Assembly (NCBI GenBank): GCA_034666405.1
Contig: JAXDLW010000047.1
Span: 79,579-143,578 of the forward strand
DNA length: 64,000 nt
Reading direction: 5' to 3'
Source of the DNA: Chloroflexota bacterium
GTDB lineage: Bacteria > Chloroflexota > Dormibacteria > DASZGP01
In this document: piece after piece, positions 56,337 through 64,000 of the stretch
How the letters are laid out: every line of letters begins with the position of its first letter
Numbering within the stretch: position 1 is the first letter of the stretch
The notes under the pieces: model-generated
Told to the model about the DNA's origin: nothing
The model's database searches: none
Seen by the model: only the letters and a program-made list of their open reading frames with translations
Program-made: the position numbers and the translations under genes

Positions 56337-57203
56337 ATGGAGCACCTGACGGTTAAAGGAACTATGCGGAGGGGCGCAGCCGGCTCGGCGGCGGTTCTGA
56401 TCGCCGGCGCAAGCATGTGGCTGAGCAATGCGCCCACCCTGGCGAAGGCCCACGACGAGAACGCGGCGTCCAGCCACGGCCAGAGTAACCATGACGGTCC
56501 TGGCGACAGCAACCGCGGCGATGTCTGGACCGACAACGTCGGGCAGCCCTCCGGGCCCGGTCACGAACAGGACACCCATCTGGCTTGCGCCGACATCAAT
56601 CTATGGGGCGACAAGATGGGTGATTCCGGCGACGCCTACACGATCGACTCGTGGCCGCCGTCCGGCAACAAGTCCCTCGCGTACAGCTCCACCTGGAGCT
56701 ACGACCAGGCCCAGGGCGGGCCGCAGGTGATCTCGGTGATCAACGTCAAGACCCTCGTTGCCAGCGCCCAGGCGGCCGGCGCGGCGCCGGCCAACAAGAA
56801 CGGCTATCACTTCAAGCTGGAGCTGACCCAGGATCCTCAGAAGCACAAGACGTTCTGGGTAAGCTGCCCGGCCCCCGCCCCGACGCCCACTCCCACGCCG
56901 AAGCCCACACCCACCCCCACCCCGGGTGGCGGGGGCACCGAGGGCACCGGTAACGGTGGCGGCGGTGGCGGCGGGACCGAGGGGACCGGTACCGGTGGTT
57001 CGGTGACTCCGCCCAGCTCTGGCGTCCAGGCCGCGACGATAGTGGTTGGCTCACCATCAGCGCCTGCCCAGCAGGGCGTGCTTGGCGCAGCGACCAACAT
57101 GCCAACCACCGGGAGGGTCGCCATCCTCGGCGCGCTTCTCCTCGCGATTGCCATGGTCATCGCCGGTGGGCTGGTCCTGCGGAGGTCCCGCTCCGCCAAC
57201 TGA
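56337..57203 (+). CDS. exported protein with C-terminal sorting-signal-like anchor (NMPTTG-TM-RRSRSAN)
   Basis: RBS GAGGAGG upstream. Signal peptide. PTPTPTPKPTPTPTPGGGG linker. C-terminal MPTTG, then a hydrophobic helix and basic tail. Confidence 0.55.
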   Translation: MEHLTVKGTMRRGAAGSAAVLIAGASMWLSNAPTLAKAHDENAASSHGQSNHDGPGDSNRGDVWTDNVGQPSGPGHEQDTHLACADINLWGDKMGDSGDAYTIDSWPPSGNKSLAYSSTWSYDQAQGGPQVISVINVKTLVASAQAAGAAPANKNGYHFKLELTQDPQKHKTFWVSCPAPAPTPTPTPKPTPTPTPGGGGTEGTGNGGGGGGGTEGTGTGGSVTPPSSGVQAATIVVGSPSAPAQQGVLGAATNMPTTGRVAILGALLLAIAMVIAGGLVLRRSRSAN

Positions 57204-57257
57204 CCCTCCGCGGTCGCAACGAAGGGCGCCGGCAACCGGCGCCCTTTACTGTTCCCC

Positions 57258-58703
57258 TCAGGCCAGGCGGCGAAGCTCGGCCGGTGACAGCCTCGCCAGG
57301 TTGAGCAACAGTTCGGTCAGCTGGTCCGAGGGGTCAGGACCGAACTCCAATTGTCCGCGCAGCTTCGCGGCGGCCCCCGCCAGCCGGGACCCCGCGGGCT
57401 CCTGGCAACTCCCGGTAGCGGCAGCACGCTCAGACTCGAGGACGGTCCCGTCTTTCAGCGTCACCTTGACCCGGGCGCCGACGCGCTTCGCCACCGTGAC
57501 CAGGCCAGTCCCACCTGCGCTTGCGGCCTCGATCACCGCGTGAGCCAGTTTCTCGTCGGCCCCGTGGGCTAAGAGGTAGGGAAACGCGCGCCCGCCCGCC
57601 CACGCTATAGCGGCCCCGACGGGTGCCGTCGCCGCAAGCGCGGCCATGGTCAGGGCGGGGTCATGCCGGAGCACGACCTTCCCTGCCAAGCGCCAGCGCG
57701 CCGGCGAGGCGAGGGCGCTTCCATGAAGGTCGCCGACATCGAGGCCGCCGCGCTCGAGCGCGGCCGCGAGGTTGTAGCCGGCGCTGAACCCCAGCGCCGG
57801 CAACGGTGTCCTGGAGCCGGCCAGGAACGGGCTGCTCTCTGCCTCCATCCCAAGCGTGAAGATCGAAACGTCAGCCTCGGCACCGGCTACGTCGTCCAGG
57901 CCCAACGGCCCGAGCGCGGCTGCAGCCTCGACCAGGGCGGTGATGTAGGCGCATCCCGGAACGTGCTTGACCGAGAGCGTGCGCAGGTGCCAGCGCCGGC
58001 CATAGTCAGCCATTGCCTCGGGGACGGCCACGTCGGCCAGCGTTTCGAGCACGCCCCCGGGGCCTTCGAGCAACGCCGGGACCCCGATTGAGCCGCGCTG
58101 GGCCAGCTGTACGCATTTCGCCGCATCGAGGATCGGCCTCGCTGCCATCCAGAACTTGTCATCCGAGCCCATGAACGCGGGCATCAGGACCCGCCGCGCC
58201 TGGGCCAGCGCGAGCCCAACCGCACCGGCCATCTGGGCCGGCGAAAGGCCCAGTACAACCGACGCCCCGACCGCCGTGCCCACCGCGTGGGTGTGCCCCG
58301 CCGCCTGGCCGCGTGCCGGGCCGAGGGTCACTGCCGCCGTCAGTCGGGCGGCGACCTCCGAGGCAGCCACCTGGGCCACGAGAGCACGCTCACCTGACAC
58401 GTTCGCGTCGGCCGCACAAGCCAGGACGGCGCCGGCACAGGCATGGCCGAGGTGGCCGGCAAAGGCCGTCTCGTCGAAGTCGAGGGCCATGGTAAGGAGC
58501 GCGTTGCGAGCAGCGCGCTCGGCCCAACTGCTGCCCTCGATGGCGGCGAGGAGCCGCGTCGAGACCGGGTGCCGGCGGGTTGCCACCGCGGCGGCTGCCT
58601 GGGAGAGGGCCTGGGCGATCGCCAACTCCCGAACGTCAGCGGGGATATCTGCCAGCCGCAGCGACGCCGCCCACTCGCAGGCCTCCCACAACAGGCTGCT
58701 CAC
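57258..58703 (-). CDS. MmgE/PrpD family protein
   Basis: ~480 aa with PrpD-family features. Start taken at VSSLLWEACEWAASLRLADIPADV. The upstream 75 aa of the ORF is R/S/T-rich junk. Confidence 0.65.
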   Translation of the reverse strand: MSSLLWEACEWAASLRLADIPADVRELAIAQALSQAAAAVATRRHPVSTRLLAAIEGSSWAERAARNALLTMALDFDETAFAGHLGHACAGAVLACAADANVSGERALVAQVAASEVAARLTAAVTLGPARGQAAGHTHAVGTAVGASVVLGLSPAQMAGAVGLALAQARRVLMPAFMGSDDKFWMAARPILDAAKCVQLAQRGSIGVPALLEGPGGVLETLADVAVPEAMADYGRRWHLRTLSVKHVPGCAYITALVEAAAALGPLGLDDVAGAEADVSIFTLGMEAESSPFLAGSRTPLPALGFSAGYNLAAALERGGLDVGDLHGSALASPARWRLAGKVVLRHDPALTMAALAATAPVGAAIAWAGGRAFPYLLAHGADEKLAHAVIEAASAGGTGLVTVAKRVGARVKVTLKDGTVLESERAAATGSCQEPAGSRLAGAAAKLRGQLEFGPDPSDQLTELLLNLARLSPAELRRLA

Positions 58704-58746
58704 CCGGCCCAGCCTACGAGCACCAGGCAGCGGCGGCCGCGGTGGG

Positions 58747-60147
58747 CTAGGTGCGCTCGAGCAGGAAGTAGGTGGAGCAGGCCCGGTCCAGCAGTTCCTT
58801 GCTGAGGTTGGCCGGCTGACCCAGGTATGCCGCGATCTCCTTGACGTGGGCGAGGATGTCGCGCGGGTGCACCCCGCGAGGGCTGCGCGAGCGGTAGTAC
58901 TTGCCCAGGATGTAGTAGGCCGAGGCCTCGCCACCCGCCAGGCCCATCCTGTCCGCCTCGCGGACGAAGATCTCCTTGAACTCCTCGGGCGTGGGGTCGG
59001 GGATGTTGATCTTGTAGCGAATACGGCGCAGGAATGCCTCGTCCACCAGCTCGGAAGGGTCCAGGTTGGTGGAGAAGAAGATCAGCATCCCGAAGGGCAC
59101 CTCGATCTTCTTGCCGACCACCGCCATGTTGAGGTAGTCGACCCCCTCCTCGAGGGGGACGATGAAGCGGTTGAGCAGCTTGCGGGGCGAGACGTCCTGG
59201 CGGCCGAAGTCGTCGACGAGGAAGATGCCGCAGTTGGCCTTCATCTGCAGGCCGGCCTCGTAGAACTTGAAGGCGGGCTGCCAGACCAGGTCGAGCATCG
59301 ACAGGTCGAGCTCGCCACCGACCTGGACGAAGGGACGCCGGCAGCGCACCCAGCGCTGGTCGGCCTCCGCCACGGGTGGGCCGACGGGCTCGTGGTGGCT
59401 GGGGTCGTAGAGCCGGATGACGGCGTCATCGACCGCCAGCGCGTAGGGCATGAATACCGATCCGCCAAGCAGGGTCTGGGCGGCGCGGGAGATCGAGCTC
59501 TTGCCGTTGCCGGGGTGCCCGTAGAGGAACACGCTGCTGCGCGAGTTGAAGGCCGGCCCCAGGACCTCCATGGTCTCGTCGCTGAGGACCAGGCCCGCCA
59601 GGGTGCCCTTGAGGGCGTCCCGGGTGGCGAAATTCTCCGGCAGACCCTGCGCGGCCACCGACGCGTTGTACTCGCGCAGGGGCACCGGGGCCGGGCCCAT
59701 GTACTGGTTGCGATCGAGGATCTCGCGGGCGCGCTCCCGGCCCGACTCGGTGATCATGTACGCCAGCCCCTCCTCCAGGGTCTCGAGGCGGCGTTCCGGG
59801 CGGGCGCCCTGGCCGATCGACTGGATCAGCGAGTTGTTGGCCAGCTGGGCGATGACCGGGTGGATGCACTCGTAGTCCAGCCGCAGCCTGGTGGCGATCT
59901 CGTGCGCGGGCAGCTGGGTGCTGAAGTGCATCAGCTTCAGGATCAGGTCGCTTACGAAGGTCGCCGAGAGGCCGGTCTGCTGGAGGGTGCGCGGGCGCGG
60001 AGGCATGAAGCCGCCGGCGACGTCCGCAGGCGGACCCACAACCTGCTCCATTTCCAGGGGCGGTTCTACTGGGGGCGCAGGCGGGGAAACCCCGTTGTCC
60101 TGGGCGCCCTCGCTCGCCTCTATCGAGGCATTTTCAAGCTGGGCCAC
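58747..60147 (-). CDS. AAA+ ATPase of the ChlI/MCM/MoxR clade with an N-terminal winged-helix-like domain
   Basis: Walker A LYGHPGNGKSS, Walker B IFLVDDFGRQ, sensor/arginine-finger region FFSTNLDPSELVDEAFLRRI. N-terminal ~130 aa wHTH-like (LILKLMHFSTQLPAHEIATRL). Confidence 0.7.
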   Translation of the reverse strand: MAQLENASIEASEGAQDNGVSPPAPPVEPPLEMEQVVGPPADVAGGFMPPRPRTLQQTGLSATFVSDLILKLMHFSTQLPAHEIATRLRLDYECIHPVIAQLANNSLIQSIGQGARPERRLETLEEGLAYMITESGRERAREILDRNQYMGPAPVPLREYNASVAAQGLPENFATRDALKGTLAGLVLSDETMEVLGPAFNSRSSVFLYGHPGNGKSSISRAAQTLLGGSVFMPYALAVDDAVIRLYDPSHHEPVGPPVAEADQRWVRCRRPFVQVGGELDLSMLDLVWQPAFKFYEAGLQMKANCGIFLVDDFGRQDVSPRKLLNRFIVPLEEGVDYLNMAVVGKKIEVPFGMLIFFSTNLDPSELVDEAFLRRIRYKINIPDPTPEEFKEIFVREADRMGLAGGEASAYYILGKYYRSRSPRGVHPRDILAHVKEIAAYLGQPANLSKELLDRACSTYFLLERT

Positions 60148-60207
60148 GGCTTCTGCATGGTAGCAGCGCCGAACCGGGGTTGGAACGGCGGTCCCGGGGA
60201 GACGGGG

Positions 60208-60441
60208 TCAGTCGGGGGCGGGGTTGCCGGCCGGCGGCGAGGCCGGCGGCCTTACCGGCGACGGGCTCGGGAGCGGCGAGGCCTCATCGGCCGGAGGGGT
60301 GGTGGCAGTGGGGATCTCCCGGGGCACCGGGCTCGAGCTGGGCTCGATCGTCGCCACACAACCGCCGGCACTGGCGGCGATCACGACCAGGGCCACGATG
60401 GCGGCCGGCCTGGCGAGGGACCGCGGGCCAGGGATGCTCAT
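60208..60441 (-). CDS. small Pro-rich lipoprotein (putative)
   Basis: Signal and lipobox IAASAGGC. 77 aa. Confidence 0.3.
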   Translation of the reverse strand: MSIPGPRSLARPAAIVALVVIAASAGGCVATIEPSSSPVPREIPTATTPPADEASPLPSPSPVRPPASPPAGNPAPD

Positions 60442-60459
60442 GCGACCGAGCCTACCGGG

Positions 60460-61896
60460 CTAGTGCCCGACGGCAGGGGCCGGCGGGGTGCCGCGCCGCC
60501 CGCGGGTCTCACGCACCTTGAAGATCACGAGCCCGCCCACGATGAACGAGACGATGTAGACGATGAAGGTCGCCGGGTAGCCCCCGGGCTGCCCGAAGAC
60601 CTGGCCGCGTCCATTGAAATAGTCGATCAGGAAGCCCCCGACGAAACCGGCGATCACCCCGGACCCGGCCGTCGCGATGTTCGAGAAGCCGAGGAATCGG
60701 CCCGCCTCGTCATTCGGGATCACATCCATCATGAAGGCCCAGTCCACCGACAGGAAGGCGCCGGCCGCGATCCCCACCAGGATCCCGAAGTAGAGCGCCT
60801 GGCTGAGGTTGGGCGGCAGGCTGAAGAGGCCGCTGGCAAAACCGATCATGAAGTCGGGCAGGATGCGGTAGGGCGAGGCGATCAGGCCGATCGTCCCCAG
60901 GACTCCCAGGATCGCCGCCCCCAGGATGATCGGCTTGCGGCCGGTGCGGTGCGACAGCTCGGCCGCCGGCAGGCTGACCAGCAGCGCGAACAGGACGATC
61001 ACCACCTGGAGGTCACGCGCCGCGATGCTGGCGAGCTCCTCGAGGTGGGTCCCATGGCCGGGGTAGAACACGTCCTTGAAGTAGAAGACCGCGTAGCGCT
61101 GGAGCCCCGCGATCGCGACCAGGATGGTCAGCCGCGAGAGCATCAGCCAGAGGAAGTCGGAGTGCCTCTTGGGGCTGATCCGGAAGGTGCCGACGATGAC
61201 ATCGGACCACGAGCTCTTGAGGTTGGGATCCGGCTTCACGCGGTCCGGGAAGAGCAGGACGACGACCAGCATCGACACCCCCAGCACCGCGGCCATCGAG
61301 AACAGCGCCAGGTCGGGCCGGTTGCTGCCCATGAAGGTGCCGACCACGTAGAAGCCGATCGCCAGGCCCAGGAGGTTGCCCGCGCCGACAAACCCGCTGG
61401 CGCGGCTGCGCTCGGCCTCCGGGACGACATCGGGGAGCAGGCCCTGGTAGGGGGCCTGCGCCGCGTTCTCGGACAGCTGCAGGAAGAAGTAGAGGACCAG
61501 CAGGTACAGGTAACCGGGCGCCAGGAATACCGCCGCGCCGGAGGCCCCGGAGGTCGAAGACGGCGTGAAGGCCATCAACGTCAGGAAGACGATCGAGCCC
61601 ATCGTGCCGACCACGATGAACGGCTTGCGCCGGCCGAACCGGGTGTTGGTGCGGTCGGAGACCGCGCCCATGATCGGCTGCCAGAAGACGGCGATGAACG
61701 TCCCGATCCCCTCCAGGATGGCGACGCCGGTTCCCTTGTGCTCGTCGCCGACATTGTGGAGGATCAGGATGGGCAGGACCTGGCTGCCCAGCGGCAGCCA
61801 AAGGAACCCCAGGGCCAGCCAGTAGGTGGTGAGCAGGGCGATCCGCGGGGTTCCCAGCCGCCGGGGCGTCGCAGTGCCGGCTGTCGCCGCTGCCAT
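60460..61896 (-). CDS. MFS transporter (GPH/sugar:cation symporter-like)
   Basis: 12 predicted TM helices. RxGRRKP-like motif (RFGRRKPFIV) between TM2 and TM3. Confidence 0.8.
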   Translation of the reverse strand: MAAATAGTATPRRLGTPRIALLTTYWLALGFLWLPLGSQVLPILILHNVGDEHKGTGVAILEGIGTFIAVFWQPIMGAVSDRTNTRFGRRKPFIVVGTMGSIVFLTLMAFTPSSTSGASGAAVFLAPGYLYLLVLYFFLQLSENAAQAPYQGLLPDVVPEAERSRASGFVGAGNLLGLAIGFYVVGTFMGSNRPDLALFSMAAVLGVSMLVVVLLFPDRVKPDPNLKSSWSDVIVGTFRISPKRHSDFLWLMLSRLTILVAIAGLQRYAVFYFKDVFYPGHGTHLEELASIAARDLQVVIVLFALLVSLPAAELSHRTGRKPIILGAAILGVLGTIGLIASPYRILPDFMIGFASGLFSLPPNLSQALYFGILVGIAAGAFLSVDWAFMMDVIPNDEAGRFLGFSNIATAGSGVIAGFVGGFLIDYFNGRGQVFGQPGGYPATFIVYIVSFIVGGLVIFKVRETRGRRGTPPAPAVGH

Positions 61897-61952
61897 CGGC
61901 GCTCACTGTAATGCCGCGCGGCAACGGGTGCCACTCGTTGCTACGATCGTCG

Positions 61953-63662
61953 GTGGTGTTGGGACGGGCGCGGGGGGCTCGAATCGCCGGGGGGCTGGCC
62001 GCGGCCGCCATCCTGGCGGGCAGCGCGACGGGCCCAGTGCAGGGCGCGCAGCCGCTCGCGGGGGCACCGGACCGCGTCCTGCAGTTCCTCCACGTGGGCC
62101 CCGTGAACCCCACCAGCCACCTGGCCCAGGTGGTTGACGAACGCGGCCGCGAGGTGCTCCTCAAAGGCGTCAATGCCGACGGGCTGGTGGATTACTGGCA
62201 GCAGCCGCCGACCCTGCCCAACCCGTACTCGATCCAGCCATCGGACTACGCGGGCATGACGTGCCCCCCCGACGTCCCCGCCGTGGAAGGGGTGCCGGTC
62301 TGCCCCTGGGACCTGGCCCAGATGCGGCCGATGGGCTTCAACGTCCTGCGTCTCAACCTGAGCTGGAGCCTGGCTGAGCCGACACCCGGGAACATCAGCA
62401 GCGCGTACCTCGACCGGGTTGCGCAGGTGGTGGGGTGGGCAGCCGCCCAGGGGGTGTACGTGGTCCTCGACATGCACCAGGACGCGTGGAGCAAGCACGT
62501 CTACACCCACCCCGGTGACACCTGTCCGCCGGGCTTCAACGCGATCCGCGGCTACGACGGCGCGCCGGCGTGGGCCGCCGCCTACACCGGCCCGGCCTGC
62601 GCCCTGCATGGCGTGCGCGAGCTGGACACGGCGGTGGACCAGGGATTCAACAACTTCTACACCGACGTGCAGGCTTCCGACGGCACAGGCCTGCAGGAGC
62701 ATTTCGTGGGCGTCCTCAAGGCGCTCGCCGCACGCTTCAAGAACAACCCCGCGGTGGCCGGCTACGAGCTGATGAACGAGCCCAGCCCCGCCCCGGCAGA
62801 ACCGACCGACCCCCAGCTGATCAACCTGTGGGGCAAGATGGTGGACGCGGTGGTGGCCGCCACCCCCGGCTTCCGCCAGCTCTTCTTCTTCGAGCCCAGC
62901 GTGTTGCGCGACGTCGTCGACGCCAGCCAGGTGCTCACCCCCTGGACGCTGGCGAGCGCGTACCCCAACGCGGTCTACGCTCCCCACATCTACACCGGCG
63001 TCTTCACCCTCGACCAGCAGGCCGCCCAGCAGCGCCTGCTCCCCACCAACGGCGGCTACCAGAGCTCGATCCGGGATGCGCAGAACCTCGGCCTGCCGTT
63101 GTGGATTGGCGAGTTCGGCAACGACCCGCCCGATGACAACACGATCATGAGGTCCAGCTACCAGCTCCAGGACCAGTACATGCTGGGCGGCGCCTACTGG
63201 CTCTGGAAGGAGAACGCCAACGACATCAACGCGACCCTCTTCTGGGGCATCTACGGCAAGCCGTTCGACGCGCCCACCAGGGGCGTCCCGCAGGCCGGCA
63301 AGATCAAGTTCAGCGGCCGGGCCTACCCGCTGGCGACGACCGGCCACCTCACCCAGGTCACCTACGACCCCGACACAACCGGGTTCGACATCCGCGCCGT
63401 GAGTGACGCCGCGGTGCGGGCCGGGGACAGCGCCCACGCCACCCTGGTCTTCGTCCCCCCGGCGTCCACCTGCGAGGTCCGGGCGGAGAACGCGGTGCTC
63501 GAGGTCTTCGACCGCGGCGCGGGCAGCCGTGAGGCGTACGCATACCCTGGCGCGGGCGCGTACCGGGTCTTCTGCGGCATCGTCGCCGGGGCGGCCGCGA
63601 CGGTCGGCCCGGGAGGTGGGTCCGGCAGTGGACCCGGCAGCTTGCCCAACACCAGCCGCTGA
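61953..63662 (+). CDS. glycoside hydrolase family 5 (cellulase-superfamily) secreted enzyme
   Basis: Catalytic acid in YELMNEP, nucleophile in WIGEFG, signal peptide. C-terminal beta-sandwich. Probably starts at an internal GTG (61953). Confidence 0.75.
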   Translation: MVLGRARGARIAGGLAAAAILAGSATGPVQGAQPLAGAPDRVLQFLHVGPVNPTSHLAQVVDERGREVLLKGVNADGLVDYWQQPPTLPNPYSIQPSDYAGMTCPPDVPAVEGVPVCPWDLAQMRPMGFNVLRLNLSWSLAEPTPGNISSAYLDRVAQVVGWAAAQGVYVVLDMHQDAWSKHVYTHPGDTCPPGFNAIRGYDGAPAWAAAYTGPACALHGVRELDTAVDQGFNNFYTDVQASDGTGLQEHFVGVLKALAARFKNNPAVAGYELMNEPSPAPAEPTDPQLINLWGKMVDAVVAATPGFRQLFFFEPSVLRDVVDASQVLTPWTLASAYPNAVYAPHIYTGVFTLDQQAAQQRLLPTNGGYQSSIRDAQNLGLPLWIGEFGNDPPDDNTIMRSSYQLQDQYMLGGAYWLWKENANDINATLFWGIYGKPFDAPTRGVPQAGKIKFSGRAYPLATTGHLTQVTYDPDTTGFDIRAVSDAAVRAGDSAHATLVFVPPASTCEVRAENAVLEVFDRGAGSREAYAYPGAGAYRVFCGIVAGAAATVGPGGGSGSGPGSLPNTSR

Positions 63663-63703
63663 GGGCCCCGCCCCGAAGTACACTGGCCACCGGTAACCCG
63701 GTT

Positions 63704-64000
63704 TGAGCGACTCCACCAACGCTGCAGGAACGACCCGGCTGTCGTCTATCGTCAGCGACGACCTGCTCCAGGGCGTGGTCGCGTTCTTCCACGAGCGGAC
63801 CGGGGTGCGCCTCTGGTTCCAGGACCTCAGTGGCTACACCGTCGCGCCGCCCACCGAAGTACCGCGGTACTGCTCCCTGATGATCAACCACCTCCGCTGC
63901 GGCCTTGCCAACCCGGCAGTGACCATGGCGCCCCTACCCGAGATTCCCAACTTCCGGTCCTGCCTCGGGAGCATCGGGCACCTGGTGGTGCCAATTCGCC
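63704..64000 (+). CDS. PocR sensory-domain protein, N-terminal fragment (runs off the window end)
   Basis: PocR Cys pattern RYCSLMINHLRCG...FRSCLGSIGHLVVPI. TTG start after an in-frame stop at 63695-97. Confidence 0.4.

Noticed and set aside
58156-61911. 1251-aa plus-strand ORF
   Set aside because: Runs antisense across the PrpD, AAA+ and MFS genes; extreme Arg/Gly/Asp low complexity; no domain signatures.
1-64000. CRISPR arrays, IS elements, integrases, prophage genes, rRNA
   Set aside because: No direct-repeat/spacer periodicity, no transposase or integrase-like translations, and no rRNA-like conserved stretches seen; only short microsatellite-type repeats inside coding regions.

Overview
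This is a high-GC (about 68-70 %) chromosomal window from a sortase-bearing, probably monoderm bacterium (Actinobacteria, Chloroflexi or Dormibacteraeota-like). All calls were made by reading the six-frame translations; no database search was run. Gene density is high and many stop/start codons overlap by 4 bp, which suggests translational coupling.

Housekeeping genes include gltX, a class A penicillin-binding protein, tldD/pmbA, an ABC1/UbiB kinase, sodA, metF, lgt, otsA/otsB, an OpuA-type betaine ABC transporter, an acyl-CoA ligase and an MFS transporter. There are two tRNAs: tRNA-Gln(CTG) and tRNA-Glu(CTC).

Accessory and unusual content:
- A sortase locus carries an LPPNTG-anchored surface protein. 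Several other exported proteins end in a C-terminal TM anchor plus basic tail, with degenerate sorting-like motifs.
- Two near-identical HspR-like MerR regulators sit inverted around a CheY-like receiver gene. Two further orphan receiver-domain proteins resemble that receiver.
- An Rrf2 regulator sits beside two small DsrE/DsrF-like genes.
- Two paralogous amidase-signature genes are present, one starting 23 nt after tRNA-Glu.
- A six-gene, tightly coupled minus-strand operon (PaaI thioesterase, CapA, tandem-CHRD lipoprotein, membrane-anchored cupredoxin, two paralogous beta-helix proteins) is the best candidate for an undescribed cell-surface copper/redox system.
- A ChlI/MCM-clade AAA+ ATPase with an N-terminal winged helix lies next to a PrpD-family gene.
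- A heavily structured leader with a canonical intrinsic terminator sits upstream of a BNR (Asp-box) protein gene.

No CRISPR array, IS element or integrase was seen. One oxidoreductase gene appears frameshifted. otsA and otsB both lack a canonical start codon upstream of conserved N-terminal motifs.
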